The position numbers were made by a program, and so were the translations under genes. DNA of 64,000 nucleotides, taken from the NCBI GenBank assembly GCA_963578775.1, contig CAUZEG010000002.1, forward strand, positions 9,423 through 73,422, written 5' to 3'. The notes beneath the pieces are model-generated. The model had not been told where the DNA came from and ran no database searches. It saw only the letters and a program-made list of their open reading frames with translations. The stretch is from Myxococcales bacterium. Lineage in GTDB: Bacteria > Myxococcota_A > UBA9042 > UBA3505. This document shows positions 38,563 through 48,644 of this stretch, piece after piece. Numbering within the stretch: position 1 is the stretch's first letter; each line of letters begins with the position of its first letter.

Positions 38563-38850
38563 CTAGCTCACGTTCAAGGATTCGATCTCTTGACCTTCAC
38601 CGATTCGAACAACGGCTTTTTTCCAGTTTGGCCGCTTGCCTATTTTTTTCCCAAAGCGCTTTTTCTTGCCGCGCATAATGCTCGTCGTCACATGTTCAAC
38701 ATGAACGCCAAAGATCTGTTGGACTGCTTCACGAACATCGCTCTTCGTCGCGGCCATAGCCACTTCAAATGCGTACTGTCGGTTCTGAAGTCCGATCTGG
38801 GTCTTCTCAGTTTGGAGAGGCCTGCGGATTATGGCGTATAGATCTTTCAT
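38563..38850 (-). CDS. rplW: 50S ribosomal protein L23.
   Basis: ...IIRRPLQTEKT... and position between rplD and rplB. Confidence 0.9.
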   Translation of the reverse strand: MKDLYAIIRRPLQTEKTQIGLQNRQYAFEVAMAATKSDVREAVQQIFGVHVEHVTTSIMRGKKKRFGKKIGKRPNWKKAVVRIGEGQEIESLNVS

Positions 38851-39470
38851 TGGCCCAAACGTTTCTCTACTTCTTCCACGGCTGCTGCGGAAATGATCAA
38901 AACTTCATGCCGAAGAACATCATAAACATTGAGTCCATCTACCTGTAAGAAGCTGCTTTTCGGCAGATTCTTGGACGAACGACTCAGTTGTTCATTAGGT
39001 CCATCGACAAGGAGCGCGCCATTTACACCAAAACCGTTAATAATTTCAAGTACGTTTTTTGTTCGGATCTCATTCATGGCTAAATTGTCGACCACAAACA
39101 CCTTGTTTTCCGCTGTACGGGAAGACAATGCGCCCATTAGCGCGGCCTTCCGAACCTTCTTCGGAACCGTGTAGCCCCAGTCCTTTTGTTGGGGACCAAA
39201 AACCACACCACCGCCTCGTAAAAGCGGTGATTTCCGAGCGGATCCTCGCCGAGCACGCCCCGTTCCTTTTTGGCGAAACGGTTTTTGCCGACTTCCGGCG
39301 ACGTCGGAACGGCTCTTTACTGTCGCCGTTCCTGCACGACGCTTGGCGAGTTGCCAACGTACGACTTCATGAAAGAGATGAGGTTTGACCTCGGCACCAA
39401 ATACGGCATCCGAAAGCATGGTCTTCCCGACCTTCTCACCTTTATTATTATATAGTGTTACTTCTGGCAT
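38847..39470 (-). CDS. rplD: 50S ribosomal protein L4.
   Basis: ...[33 protein letters not shown]..., alignable to E. coli L4 ([30 protein letters not shown]). Confidence 0.95.
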   Translation of the reverse strand: MPEVTLYNNKGEKVGKTMLSDAVFGAEVKPHLFHEVVRWQLAKRRAGTATVKSRSDVAGSRQKPFRQKGTGRARRGSARKSPLLRGGGVVFGPQQKDWGYTVPKKVRKAALMGALSSRTAENKVFVVDNLAMNEIRTKNVLEIINGFGVNGALLVDGPNEQLSRSSKNLPKSSFLQVDGLNVYDVLRHEVLIISAAAVEEVEKRLGQ

Positions 39471-39479
39471 CGGTTCACC

Positions 39480-39791
39480 TCAAGCCTTGATCTCTACGTC
39501 TACACCAGCTGCCAAATCCAGACTCATCAACGAGTCCAACGTCTGGGCGGTTGGTTCAACAATGTCGATGAGACGCTTATGAGTCCGCACCTCGAACTGC
39601 TCTCGGCTCTTCTTGTTGACATGGGGCCCCTTAAGTACCGTGTAACGACTGATCGCCGTGGGAAGCGGCACTGGCCCTACAATCTGAGCGCCTGTCGTCC
39701 GAACCGTATCAATAATGTCCGATATCGATTGGTCCAGGAGCTTATGATCGTACGCCTTAAGACGAATTCTGATTCTGGAGACTGTTGACAT
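39480..39791 (-). CDS. rpsJ: 30S ribosomal protein S10.
   Basis: ...[16 protein letters not shown]...[13 protein letters not shown]...[22 protein letters not shown]... Confidence 0.95.
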   Translation of the reverse strand: MSTVSRIRIRLKAYDHKLLDQSISDIIDTVRTTGAQIVGPVPLPTAISRYTVLKGPHVNKKSREQFEVRTHKRLIDIVEPTAQTLDSLMSLDLAAGVDVEIKA

Positions 39792-39827
39792 TTTTTACCT
39801 CTTTTTACCCGTATCGAATGGTTATTC

Positions 39828-41903
39828 CTAACCACGTTTATCCAATATCTTCTCGGCGACTGTTGTCGGCACTTCCTCGTAATGATCAAATTGCATCGTA
39901 TAGGTGGCCCGGCCCTGGGTGGTCGAACGCAAATCCGTGGCGTACCCGAACAGGTTGGCCAACGGCACCATAGCTCGAATGATCTGTAGGGCGTCCCGAC
40001 TCTCCATCCCGGAGACCTTTCCTCGGCGCCCATTCAGATCGCCCATGACATCACCCACATATTCCTCCGGAGAGACAATTTCGAGACTCATCACGGGTTC
40101 CAATAAGTACAAGCTGGCTTTTCGTACTGCCTCACGGAATCCCATTGCACCAGCGACTCGAAAGGCGATCTCCGAAGAGTCCACGTCATGGTAGGAGCCA
40201 TCCACCAACCGTACGGTGACGTCAACCATCGGATACCCGGCGAGAACGCCCGTTGACATGGCTCCCTTTACACCGACCTCTACCGCAGGAATATACTCAC
40301 GCGGAATGGAACCACCGGTGATCTGGTTATCAAAGATAAAGCCTTCTCCGGGAGCGCTGGGCTCAATGTTCAAGACGACATGGGCGAACTGTCCACGGCC
40401 ACCGGTTTGCTTTTGGTGTTTGTAGTTTGCCTTTGCCGGTTTCCGAATAGTCTCTCGATATGCAACCTGGGGTCGTCCTACGCGCGCGCCTACCTTGAAC
40501 TCTCGTAGCAGGCGTGAACAGACGATCTCCAAATGGAGCTCCCCCATTCCGGACAGCACCGTTTGAGCTGTCTCCTCGTTGTAGGCGATATTCAGTGAAG
40601 GATCTTCCAGGTGTAGACGCCCCAATGCATGGGATAGGCGCTCATTATCTGCCTTGGTTTCGGGCTCGATAGAAACGGAGATAACCGGTTCCGGGAAATC
40701 CATCGACTCAAGAGCAACCGGTCGCTTTGGGGACGAGATCGATTCGCCTGTAACCGAATTCTTCAATCCCACAACGGCTACTATATCGCCAGCATACGCC
40801 TCTTTCAGCTCCTCACGCTTATTGGCGTGCATTCGCATAAGCCGCCCGACTCGTTCCTTTCGATTACGACGGACATTCAACACGGAATCACCCGTTCGAA
40901 GAACTCCGGAATAGATCCGTAAGAAGGAGAGCTGCCCAACGTAGGTGTCATTCATGATCTTGAACACCAACGCAGATAGAGGTTCCGCATCGTCGCTTCG
41001 GCACTCTACTTCCGTCTTATTGTACGGATTGGTGCCCTTGATTGGAGGTAACTCCAATGGCGAGGGCAGGTAAGCGATGACGGCATCAAGTAGGCCCTGT
41101 ACACCCTTGTTCTTAAACGCAGACCCGCATAAAACGGGTGTGATTTCCATTGCCAGGGCGCCTTTTTTGATTGCCGTGGCGATCAATTCAATCGGGATAT
41201 CGGTTTCATCGAGGTAGGCCTCCATCAACTCATCGTCGATGTCGGATAACCCTTCGAGCATGGTCTGGCGGGCAGCCTTCGCCTCGTCTTCCAGATCGGC
41301 CGGGATATCAACAATTTCGAACTCAGCCCCGAGCGTCTCATCATTGAAGACATACGCCTTCATGGTGAGGAGATCGACGTAGCCCTTGAAGTCGGCCTCG
41401 GCACCATACGGGATCTGAATTGGAATTGGATTGGTGGCGAGTCGAGCTCGCATCATTTCCAGAACTCGGGGGAAATCGGCTCCGACCCGGTCCATCTTGT
41501 TGACGAACGCAATCCGTGGCACGCCATATCGATCGGCCTGGCGCCATACTGTCTCCGATTGGGGCTCTACGCCTCCAACCGCACAAAATACAGCAACGGC
41601 CCCATCCAGTACGCGGAGACTACGCTCTACTTCAAGCGTGAAATCAACATGCCCAGGAGTATCGATAATATTGATCTGGTGATCATTCCACTCACAGGTC
41701 GTGGCGGCCGACGTGATAGTAATACCACGCTCCTGCTCCTGCTCCATCCAGTCCATGGTCGCAGTTCCCTCATGCACCTCACCAATACGATGCGCCCGAC
41801 CGGTATAGTACAATACACGTTCGGTGGTAGTCGTCTTGCCTGCGTCAATATGGGCCATAATGCCGATATTACGTACGCGAGGTATTGGGAAACTACGTGC
41901 CAC
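39828..41903 (-). CDS. fusA: Elongation factor G.
   Basis: GTG start at 41903 gives (M)[34 protein letters not shown]...[22 protein letters not shown]. The track's ATG at 41963 adds 20 unlikely N-terminal residues. Confidence 0.9.
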   Translation of the reverse strand: MARSFPIPRVRNIGIMAHIDAGKTTTTERVLYYTGRAHRIGEVHEGTATMDWMEQEQERGITITSAATTCEWNDHQINIIDTPGHVDFTLEVERSLRVLDGAVAVFCAVGGVEPQSETVWRQADRYGVPRIAFVNKMDRVGADFPRVLEMMRARLATNPIPIQIPYGAEADFKGYVDLLTMKAYVFNDETLGAEFEIVDIPADLEDEAKAARQTMLEGLSDIDDELMEAYLDETDIPIELIATAIKKGALAMEITPVLCGSAFKNKGVQGLLDAVIAYLPSPLELPPIKGTNPYNKTEVECRSDDAEPLSALVFKIMNDTYVGQLSFLRIYSGVLRTGDSVLNVRRNRKERVGRLMRMHANKREELKEAYAGDIVAVVGLKNSVTGESISSPKRPVALESMDFPEPVISVSIEPETKADNERLSHALGRLHLEDPSLNIAYNEETAQTVLSGMGELHLEIVCSRLLREFKVGARVGRPQVAYRETIRKPAKANYKHQKQTGGRGQFAHVVLNIEPSAPGEGFIFDNQITGGSIPREYIPAVEVGVKGAMSTGVLAGYPMVDVTVRLVDGSYHDVDSSEIAFRVAGAMGFREAVRKASLYLLEPVMSLEIVSPEEYVGDVMGDLNGRRGKVSGMESRDALQIIRAMVPLANLFGYATDLRSTTQGRATYTMQFDHYEEVPTTVAEKILDKRG

Positions 41904-42030
41904 AAAGAACTCCAGTCCACAGAACGAATCTGCTTGCACCCTTGAAAGGAAAAACACCCACACCCGCTGACCTGGAAGGGCGCCCCTATGTGACGGAGAC
42001 CGCTGGCCAGTTAATCAACAAGCTAGATAA

Positions 42031-42501
42031 TTACCATCGATAGTGTGCAAATGCTTTATTCGCCTCCGCCATACGATGAACATCATCTCTCTTCTTGACC
42101 GCCGAACCACGGAGGTTCGCCGCATCCAGAAGTTCCGCTGCCAAACGTTCCGCCATGGAACGACCACTACGACCACGTGCAAATCCAACCAACCAGCGGA
42201 TGGACAGGGATACTTGTCGAGCCGGACGTACCTCAATCGGTACCTGGTAAGTCGATCCACCCACACGCCGGGATTTTACTTCAACCTGTGGGCGGACGTT
42301 TTCAACCGCCTTCTTGAACAGGTCCAAGCCATCCTGACGCGCACGAGTTTCCATCAGTCCGATAGCCTCGTACAACACGTTCTCGGCCGTAGACTTCTTT
42401 CCACCGATCATAAGCCTGTGAACGAACTGCGTTACGAGCGCGTCCTTATACTTGGGATCGGGAAGAACTTTCCGCTTGGGTACCTCTCTACGTCTCGGCA
42501 T
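42031..42501 (-). CDS. rpsG: 30S ribosomal protein S7.
   Basis: [18 protein letters not shown]... Confidence 0.95.
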   Translation of the reverse strand: MPRRREVPKRKVLPDPKYKDALVTQFVHRLMIGGKKSTAENVLYEAIGLMETRARQDGLDLFKKAVENVRPQVEVKSRRVGGSTYQVPIEVRPARQVSLSIRWLVGFARGRSGRSMAERLAAELLDAANLRGSAVKKRDDVHRMAEANKAFAHYRW

Positions 42502-42526
42502 CTTATTGCTCCTACATCATTCCCAA

Positions 42527-42895
42527 TCAGGATTTTTTCGCGCCATACTTGGAACGACTCTTTTTGCGCCCATCAACGCCTGAAGCGTCAAGATGACCTC
42601 GAACGATATGATAACGAACGCCTGGTATATCCTTTACACGACCGCCACGAATCAACACGAGCGAATGCTCCTGAAGATTGTGTCCCTCACCCGGGATATA
42701 GGCGGTTACCTCGATCCCATTGGTCAAACGAACGCGAGCAATCTTCCGCAGAGCTGAGTTGGGCTTCTTCGGTGTGGTCGTGTACACACGAACACATACG
42801 CCACGCTTCTGTGGACAGGATTGCAACGCGGGTGAAGTCGATTTCGACTTCATACGTTTACGTCCTTTTCGGACAAGCTGGTTAATCGTTGGCAC
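42527..42895 (-). CDS. rpsL: 30S ribosomal protein S12.
   Basis: [13 protein letters not shown]...[10 protein letters not shown]... Confidence 0.95.
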   Translation of the reverse strand: MPTINQLVRKGRKRMKSKSTSPALQSCPQKRGVCVRVYTTTPKKPNSALRKIARVRLTNGIEVTAYIPGEGHNLQEHSLVLIRGGRVKDIPGVRYHIVRGHLDASGVDGRKKSRSKYGAKKS

Positions 42896-43188
42896 TTGGT
42901 ACCTCGAAATCTCAAGAACGATACGTGTAAAAATTCTCTAACGCCTCACTACCGTCTCGTGTAAACCATCATATTGACGCACGCACACGAGGCAGCGCTT
43001 CTGCGAGGGTGCGGGATTATAGGCAGGGGCCTTACCTTGTCAAGCGGCAATTCCAGTACGACGAGGCATTGCAGGGGATCTCGGTGATGCGAACTGGAGA
43101 ATGATTTCGGGGGAACAGGGCCCACCCGGTACGATCGCGGTATGAAGATCCTCGGGATTTTGGACCGGTATGCGTCAAGTCAACGGTT
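42896..43188. promoter_or_regulatory. Intergenic region upstream of rpsL. Likely the str-operon promoter/leader.
   Basis: 293-bp non-coding gap preceding the first gene of the long minus-strand r-protein cluster. Confidence 0.3.
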
Positions 43189-44976
43189 TTATTTCAATCG
43201 CTTCCGTAACCCCATCAACGAGACTAAAAACAGAAAAGCGCTGAGCCCAGTGAAGGAAATTAGCAACTGACTCCAGACTTCGTCCGCGCTCGCTCTTGAA
43301 ATGCTGGTCGCAATCGCCAAACCAGCCGTAAGGATGCCATAACCCACAACTTTCGCCGACATTCCTATGATTCCTATGAACTCCCGCGATTCCACCAATC
43401 GAACGCGAGTTCGACCACCCGCCATTTGCTTCAGTACCTTTCGGAGTTCCATGGGGAGGCCAACGGCTTGTATCAACCAGTCTCGACCGGTCTCCACCAT
43501 GAACGATGACCAGTCTCGTTCTTCACCAAGGACGAACTCTTCGGCATAGGGCCCCACAATCGCCACGGGTTCGAGCTTCGGATCAAGTACGGTACAGATG
43601 CCCGTTAACAGAATAATCGTTCGTTCGAGGAGAACCCATTCGCGGGGAACTTTGAACATCTCACCAAGTTCCCGCAGTCCCAGATGCATATGCCGCAGAT
43701 CGGCCAGAATCTCACGACCGGTCTCAGGCTTCAGGCGAATATTGTCGAGTTTCAACGTCTCAAGTCGGACATGGTCGGCAACCTTGTCCTGAAAATAGCG
43801 AATCACCTCTTCGAACCGTTCTTCCTTCGCGTTCGGAGCAACAAAGCCCATCTTTCGAAGCGCGCCGAAGACAGCGTCCACGTCCTGGTTCAAGGCTCCA
43901 CGCAGGTACTCCACCATACCTTCGCGCATCTTAGAGCTAACCCCACATACCGCTCCAAAATCGATAAGAGCGATACGTCCATCCCGCATAACAAGGATGT
44001 TCCCGGGGTGGGGATCTGCATGATATCGACCGTGGTGAAAGATCTGCTTACAGTAGGCGTGAAGCAGATTCACGGCGATCTCGTGGCGATCCAGCCCGAG
44101 TGCATCCAGTTGGGTCACCCGGGTGATTTTCACTCCGTCCATCCAGGTGCAGGTAAGAACACGACGGGTGGAATGGGACCAGATGACATCCGGGAACACC
44201 ATGACCGGGTCATCCGCAAAATTGCCGGCAACCTCCGTGAGATTCTCTGCTTCATGCCAGAAATTCAATTCCTCGCTGATGATTCCCTTCATCTCACGGT
44301 GAACGTTGTATAGTCCTTGTTGCGGGAAGAAGAAACCAACGATCTTGATCATTCGACCTAGAATTTTCAGGTCCCGCGTCACGAGCCCTTCCACGCCGGG
44401 ATACTGGATTTTCACAGCAACCTTTTGACCGTCCGACAAACGGGCCACATGTACCTGTCCAAGACTGGCGGCCGCTACCGCATGGGGACGGATCTCAACA
44501 AAGTGGTCCTCCACCGGGCCGCCAAGTTCAGACTCCAATACGGTACGCATTTCCTTAAAGGTGCGTGGGGGCACCCTATCCTGAAGTCCTTCCAGCTCCG
44601 TCCGAAACTCTTCGGGTAGAAAGTTCGCGAGGACGCTCACCATCTGACCTATCTTGATAAACAGGCCTCGAAGATCTTCGATCAACTGACGCAAACGAAC
44701 GGAACTTCGTATATGTAGAGCAGCCAACTTCGCACGATGTCGTTCCGGTGCCATGAACGGACTACGGAAGCGAAGCCAGACATAGGACCAGACTACTCGC
44801 CAGGTAACCCAATAGGCATAGATAGACCGAAGGACGATTACATTTCGTACGAGGCGCCTTTTCCAGGAGTCCTGTTCGTCCACAACATCGTCAAAATCCG
44901 TCGCCTCGGCGTCTAGCAACGACACCACATTCGACTCGTCCTCCACCGTCGGACCGGGGACTGAGGACATCGTCAT
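43189..44976 (-). CDS. ubiB: ABC1/UbiB-family atypical protein kinase (ubiquinone biosynthesis-associated).
   Basis: ...LGQVHVARLSDGQKVAVKIQYPGV..., ...HADPHPGNILV..., ...IDFGAV..., and C-terminal TM segments. Confidence 0.75.
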   Translation of the reverse strand: MTMSSVPGPTVEDESNVVSLLDAEATDFDDVVDEQDSWKRRLVRNVIVLRSIYAYWVTWRVVWSYVWLRFRSPFMAPERHRAKLAALHIRSSVRLRQLIEDLRGLFIKIGQMVSVLANFLPEEFRTELEGLQDRVPPRTFKEMRTVLESELGGPVEDHFVEIRPHAVAAASLGQVHVARLSDGQKVAVKIQYPGVEGLVTRDLKILGRMIKIVGFFFPQQGLYNVHREMKGIISEELNFWHEAENLTEVAGNFADDPVMVFPDVIWSHSTRRVLTCTWMDGVKITRVTQLDALGLDRHEIAVNLLHAYCKQIFHHGRYHADPHPGNILVMRDGRIALIDFGAVCGVSSKMREGMVEYLRGALNQDVDAVFGALRKMGFVAPNAKEERFEEVIRYFQDKVADHVRLETLKLDNIRLKPETGREILADLRHMHLGLRELGEMFKVPREWVLLERTIILLTGICTVLDPKLEPVAIVGPYAEEFVLGEERDWSSFMVETGRDWLIQAVGLPMELRKVLKQMAGGRTRVRLVESREFIGIIGMSAKVVGYGILTAGLAIATSISRASADEVWSQLLISFTGLSAFLFLVSLMGLRKRLK

Positions 44977-45605
44977 TCGCTCTTCCTTGTCTTTTTATGG
45001 GAAGCTGCCGCCTTCTTGGCCTTGGCCCGCGCACTCTTTTTCGCCCTTGCCGAAGCTTTTCGCTTATGCGCTTTTTTCTTTTTCTGCACGTTCTTGGGGG
45101 TCTGTGTTTCGACCGTCTCTTTTGGAGCGGGCTCTTTTTCCGAGACCGATACCTCGGACTTGGCTTCATCATCGATGATATTCACACCGACTTTCGCCTT
45201 GATTTCCGGCTTAACCAGACGTTTGTCATTGGGGATGAAGCGAACTTCCGCACGAACCTCTAGACTGAGACTCGTGAGGATCTTCTGGAGTTCTTTTCCA
45301 AGATCCACGTGCTGTAAAAAATCATTCAGCTGTCGCCCGATGACCGCAACGACTTCGTCCTTGACGCTATCGATGGTGCGGACCGCATAACTCATCGCAT
45401 CCTTGGGAACGAGGTTTGCCACGATCGCCTTTACGGTTTCTTCACTGATCATGTTCTGAATGACCGTTCGCATGCGCTCTTCGCCACTACCAACGCTACG
45501 AACTTTATTGGAGACCGTCCGCCAGATGCGATCGGTGAGATCCCCCGTATCCGTTTTCTTTGCGTCCGCACTGTCTGCGGATGTCTGTTCTTCTTCGATG
45601 GTCAT
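44973..45605 (-). CDS. Hypothetical protein with a lysine/alanine-rich histone-H1-like C-terminal tail. Translationally coupled to ubiB (ATGA overlap).
   Basis: The C-terminal 50 aa are ...KKKKAHKRKASARAKKSARAKAKKAAASHKKTRKSE. The stop overlaps the ubiB start by 4 nt. Confidence 0.5.
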   Translation of the reverse strand: MTIEEEQTSADSADAKKTDTGDLTDRIWRTVSNKVRSVGSGEERMRTVIQNMISEETVKAIVANLVPKDAMSYAVRTIDSVKDEVVAVIGRQLNDFLQHVDLGKELQKILTSLSLEVRAEVRFIPNDKRLVKPEIKAKVGVNIIDDEAKSEVSVSEKEPAPKETVETQTPKNVQKKKKAHKRKASARAKKSARAKAKKAAASHKKTRKSE

Positions 45606-46028
45606 CAGCTCATTCTCCAGTTCGGACGATAGGAACAGGGTAGCTCGTCTGTCAATGGTCCTACCATCATTCGATCCCCGTATACCAATAAATCCGATCG
45701 CTGGTAGCTATCCATCTCTTTCGAGATCAACACGGGGAAAACACGGCCTTTTCCATATTGCCTGAGACAACACATACAATATTTATTAATAGGCGTTTCT
45801 CCATCCTGCGTGTTTTGCTCTGAGGAGGACAGTAAACCGGCCATTCATCGCAGAACTCCTCGACGCATACCTACCGCCAGAAAACGTCCCTCCTGTAACG
45901 GCTACACCCGTGGAAGGGCCAGTAACTACAACGAATATCAAACTGGAAATTGACGGCGCGGTTTCAAGATCGCTAGCATGCTTCCGCAAACAAATTTGGA
46001 TATGGCCTGGGTTGAAAGAGAAAAATCG
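45606..46028. promoter_or_regulatory. Divergent intergenic region. Likely promoters for the K-rich-tail/ubiB operon (-) and the clan-CD peptidase-like/OMP operon (+).
   Basis: About 420-bp gap with an AT-rich segment (acacatacaatatttattaatagg, 45771-45795). Confidence 0.3.
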
Positions 46029-48644
46029 ATGAATAAATTTGCTTTACACATTGCATACACTTTTCTGTTCTGTCTTCTAGCCTCCGCGTGCGGGTCCTCT
46101 GGGTCCGATGCAAATACAGACAATGGCAGTAATAAGGATCTAGCAACAGATTCGAGCGGGTCCGTCGATAGTAACGAGGACGTAGGAGCCGACAGCGCGG
46201 CTTCGGATGTAGGCGATACGACGGGCGAAGATATCCCCACCACCACGGACGTACCGACGGGAACCGACGTACCCAATCCGGATGATACGGGTACTCCACC
46301 TACGGATACAGGACAATTCGCATTTGGGGACGAGCCCGAGTTCGCAGACCTGTTTATCCAGATTATTGGGCCCACCGGCAAACCCAACGGCACCAATATT
46401 TCGGGGCTTATGCCCCTGAGCGGACTCCTGTTCGGGGAAGCCACATCGATCACCTGGACTGCTGAGGGTGGAGCAACCGGCCAGATCACACCCGGTCGAT
46501 TCTGGAATTCGGGCCCGATTCAGCTGAACCCGGGGGACAATACGATCACTGTGACCGCGCTTAGTGCAGACGGACAGGAATCATCCGACCAGGTCGTGAT
46601 CACCTACAATCCGGGATTTCAGTTTGGTGCCTACCTTGAAATCCAGCCGCCGCAGATCTTCATCGACAAAACGACGGATATGCGCGCATCAATCGCGATG
46701 GGAAGCTACGGTACCTACGATGCCAGCACCGTAAAACTCCACCGGGTCGACGGCGACGGTACGATCATCGAAACACTCGCAAATATGAAAGACGATGGCC
46801 AGGTCGCTGCGACCTGTGACGAAATCGAAGGCGATGGAGTGTTCTCCACTTGTATGACCCGTTCACCGACCCAACCCGGAGACCTACGTTTCCGCGTGAC
46901 CGTAGAGGTCCCAATGGATCTCAGTGTATACGACGCGTATTCGCCCGTAACCGCCATCGACGTAATCCCACCGGTTTCCCCGGGTGTCTGTCAGTCCGTC
47001 GTTCAGCTGACCACCACGGCCCGCACAACCTACGAGAATCGAATTGCGGACGGGCAAAGCCACGAAGATGCACAGGCGGCCGCTCTATCTGTCTTCACAA
47101 ATTATGGTGAAGTCACACAGGCTGGGACCAGCCCCGATGGTTATGGCCTTTGGATGCGACATGAAAGTGGCCTCCTGGGAGTCGTCGGTCTGGCTCCTGA
47201 TGGCTATCGAAGCGGGGACACCGGAACGACCAGCGGTGGTATCACCAATCTCTCGAATCAACGATCTCTATTGAGTCGCCATTCGATGGTTTATGCCCCG
47301 TATCGGGAAAACCTTGGAACCTTGGATGAATCGATCGGTATCCGAAGTTCCCTGGAAGGTGTCGAATGTCCGCCATTCAACGTCCAGGAGTTCACAGATT
47401 CCGCTGCTCAATTGGCCACGCTCCGCACCCTGTACGAATTCGGTGTCATCGCGTTCGCGACACACGGCGAGGTGATGTTCAATGGGATGGACCCGGCCAT
47501 GGCAAACTCCTATGGGTGGGAAAATGAAGGTGCCCAGGAGGTCCTCTGGACTGGAGAAGAAATCAATTGTTCCAACCTGTCACCGAACACCCCCTACTGC
47601 GAATCCGAGGGCGATTGCCCCACGGGATCTGCATGCGTCGCGGTCAAGATTACGGCGGGTAATATTGAGGGGCGCTGCGTGGATTTCCGACATGGCGATC
47701 TGCTAAACGGACGCGTCGCGTTGAGTCCCGACCGATATGTGGTGCTGCCCTCTTTTATTTCCCATTATGCTCACCGTGATTATCCAGAAAGCCTGATCTA
47801 CCTGGGGGCTTGTCGGACCATGATGAATGGGACTCTGGCCGCCGCGTTCTTCGCGAATGGGGCGATAAGTATCGCAGGATACTCCGACTATGTGACCGAG
47901 TCTTTTGTGGAAGAACAGGGAACATACCTATTCAGCGAGCTACTCCTGAAAAACGAAGATACTGGACAGGGCATCAATCAGACGGGAGACGTCTTGCCGG
48001 GCTCCATCGAAGATCCCGACACCGGCGGAAAGTTCTGGATGTTCGGAGCGCAGAACCTCTCCATTATGAACGCAGATCTGGTGAACCCGTCGTGGGAAAA
48101 TGGCGGGATTGCCGGTTGGGATCATGATGGTGATGGTCGCGTCATCTCGCAACTGGGATGCTATGCGCCGGTCCAGGGGAAATACATGGGGTTATTGAGT
48201 ACTGGTCTCGGATTCACCAAGCAGACAGGCGAGCTATCGCAACGATTCTGCATACCGAAGGACAAGACCGAGCTACGAATTCGGTGGCGTTTCATGTCGG
48301 AAGAATTTCCGGATTTCTGCGGCAGTATCTTCCAAGATGAATTCCGTGCCACCCTGGAAGGTGATCTGGGTGAAATGGATGTGGTCAACGTCTGGGTCGA
48401 CTCCCTATGCCAACCATCTCTGTGCCCGTTCACAGAAGCCTGCGGGATTCACTACGTTGGATTGGACCAGGCCTGTGTCGCCTTCGATCAAGGCGATGTC
48501 TGGACTACTCCGTGGCGAGAAGCTGTCATCGACATAACACCCTTTGCTGGCGAAGGGCCCACCATCTTAAGGCTGTTCGCCTCCGACCAGGGTGACTCCA
48601 TCTACGACACGGTGATTCTACTCGATGACATCCGGTTCAAATAG
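46029..48644 (+). CDS. Large secreted lipoprotein with a putative clan-CD (caspase/gingipain/CHAT-like) cysteine peptidase core and a C-terminal choice-of-anchor-like beta-sandwich domain.
   Basis: Start at the internal ATG 46029 gives MNKFALHIAYTFLFCLLASACGSS (lipobox). Candidate His/Cys dyad: hydrophobic strand + HG (VIAFATHGE, about 47452-47472) and hydrophobic strand + AC (LIYLGACRTMMNG, about 47805-47830). C-terminal NPSWENGGIAGWDHDGDG. Confidence 0.4.
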   Translation: MNKFALHIAYTFLFCLLASACGSSGSDANTDNGSNKDLATDSSGSVDSNEDVGADSAASDVGDTTGEDIPTTTDVPTGTDVPNPDDTGTPPTDTGQFAFGDEPEFADLFIQIIGPTGKPNGTNISGLMPLSGLLFGEATSITWTAEGGATGQITPGRFWNSGPIQLNPGDNTITVTALSADGQESSDQVVITYNPGFQFGAYLEIQPPQIFIDKTTDMRASIAMGSYGTYDASTVKLHRVDGDGTIIETLANMKDDGQVAATCDEIEGDGVFSTCMTRSPTQPGDLRFRVTVEVPMDLSVYDAYSPVTAIDVIPPVSPGVCQSVVQLTTTARTTYENRIADGQSHEDAQAAALSVFTNYGEVTQAGTSPDGYGLWMRHESGLLGVVGLAPDGYRSGDTGTTSGGITNLSNQRSLLSRHSMVYAPYRENLGTLDESIGIRSSLEGVECPPFNVQEFTDSAAQLATLRTLYEFGVIAFATHGEVMFNGMDPAMANSYGWENEGAQEVLWTGEEINCSNLSPNTPYCESEGDCPTGSACVAVKITAGNIEGRCVDFRHGDLLNGRVALSPDRYVVLPSFISHYAHRDYPESLIYLGACRTMMNGTLAAAFFANGAISIAGYSDYVTESFVEEQGTYLFSELLLKNEDTGQGINQTGDVLPGSIEDPDTGGKFWMFGAQNLSIMNADLVNPSWENGGIAGWDHDGDGRVISQLGCYAPVQGKYMGLLSTGLGFTKQTGELSQRFCIPKDKTELRIRWRFMSEEFPDFCGSIFQDEFRATLEGDLGEMDVVNVWVDSLCQPSLCPFTEACGIHYVGLDQACVAFDQGDVWTTPWREAVIDITPFAGEGPTILRLFASDQGDSIYDTVILLDDIRFK

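Noticed and set aside
43684-44313. 209-aa plus-strand ORF.
   Set aside because: It is antisense to the ubiB/ABC1 kinase gene, which carries the canonical kinase motifs.
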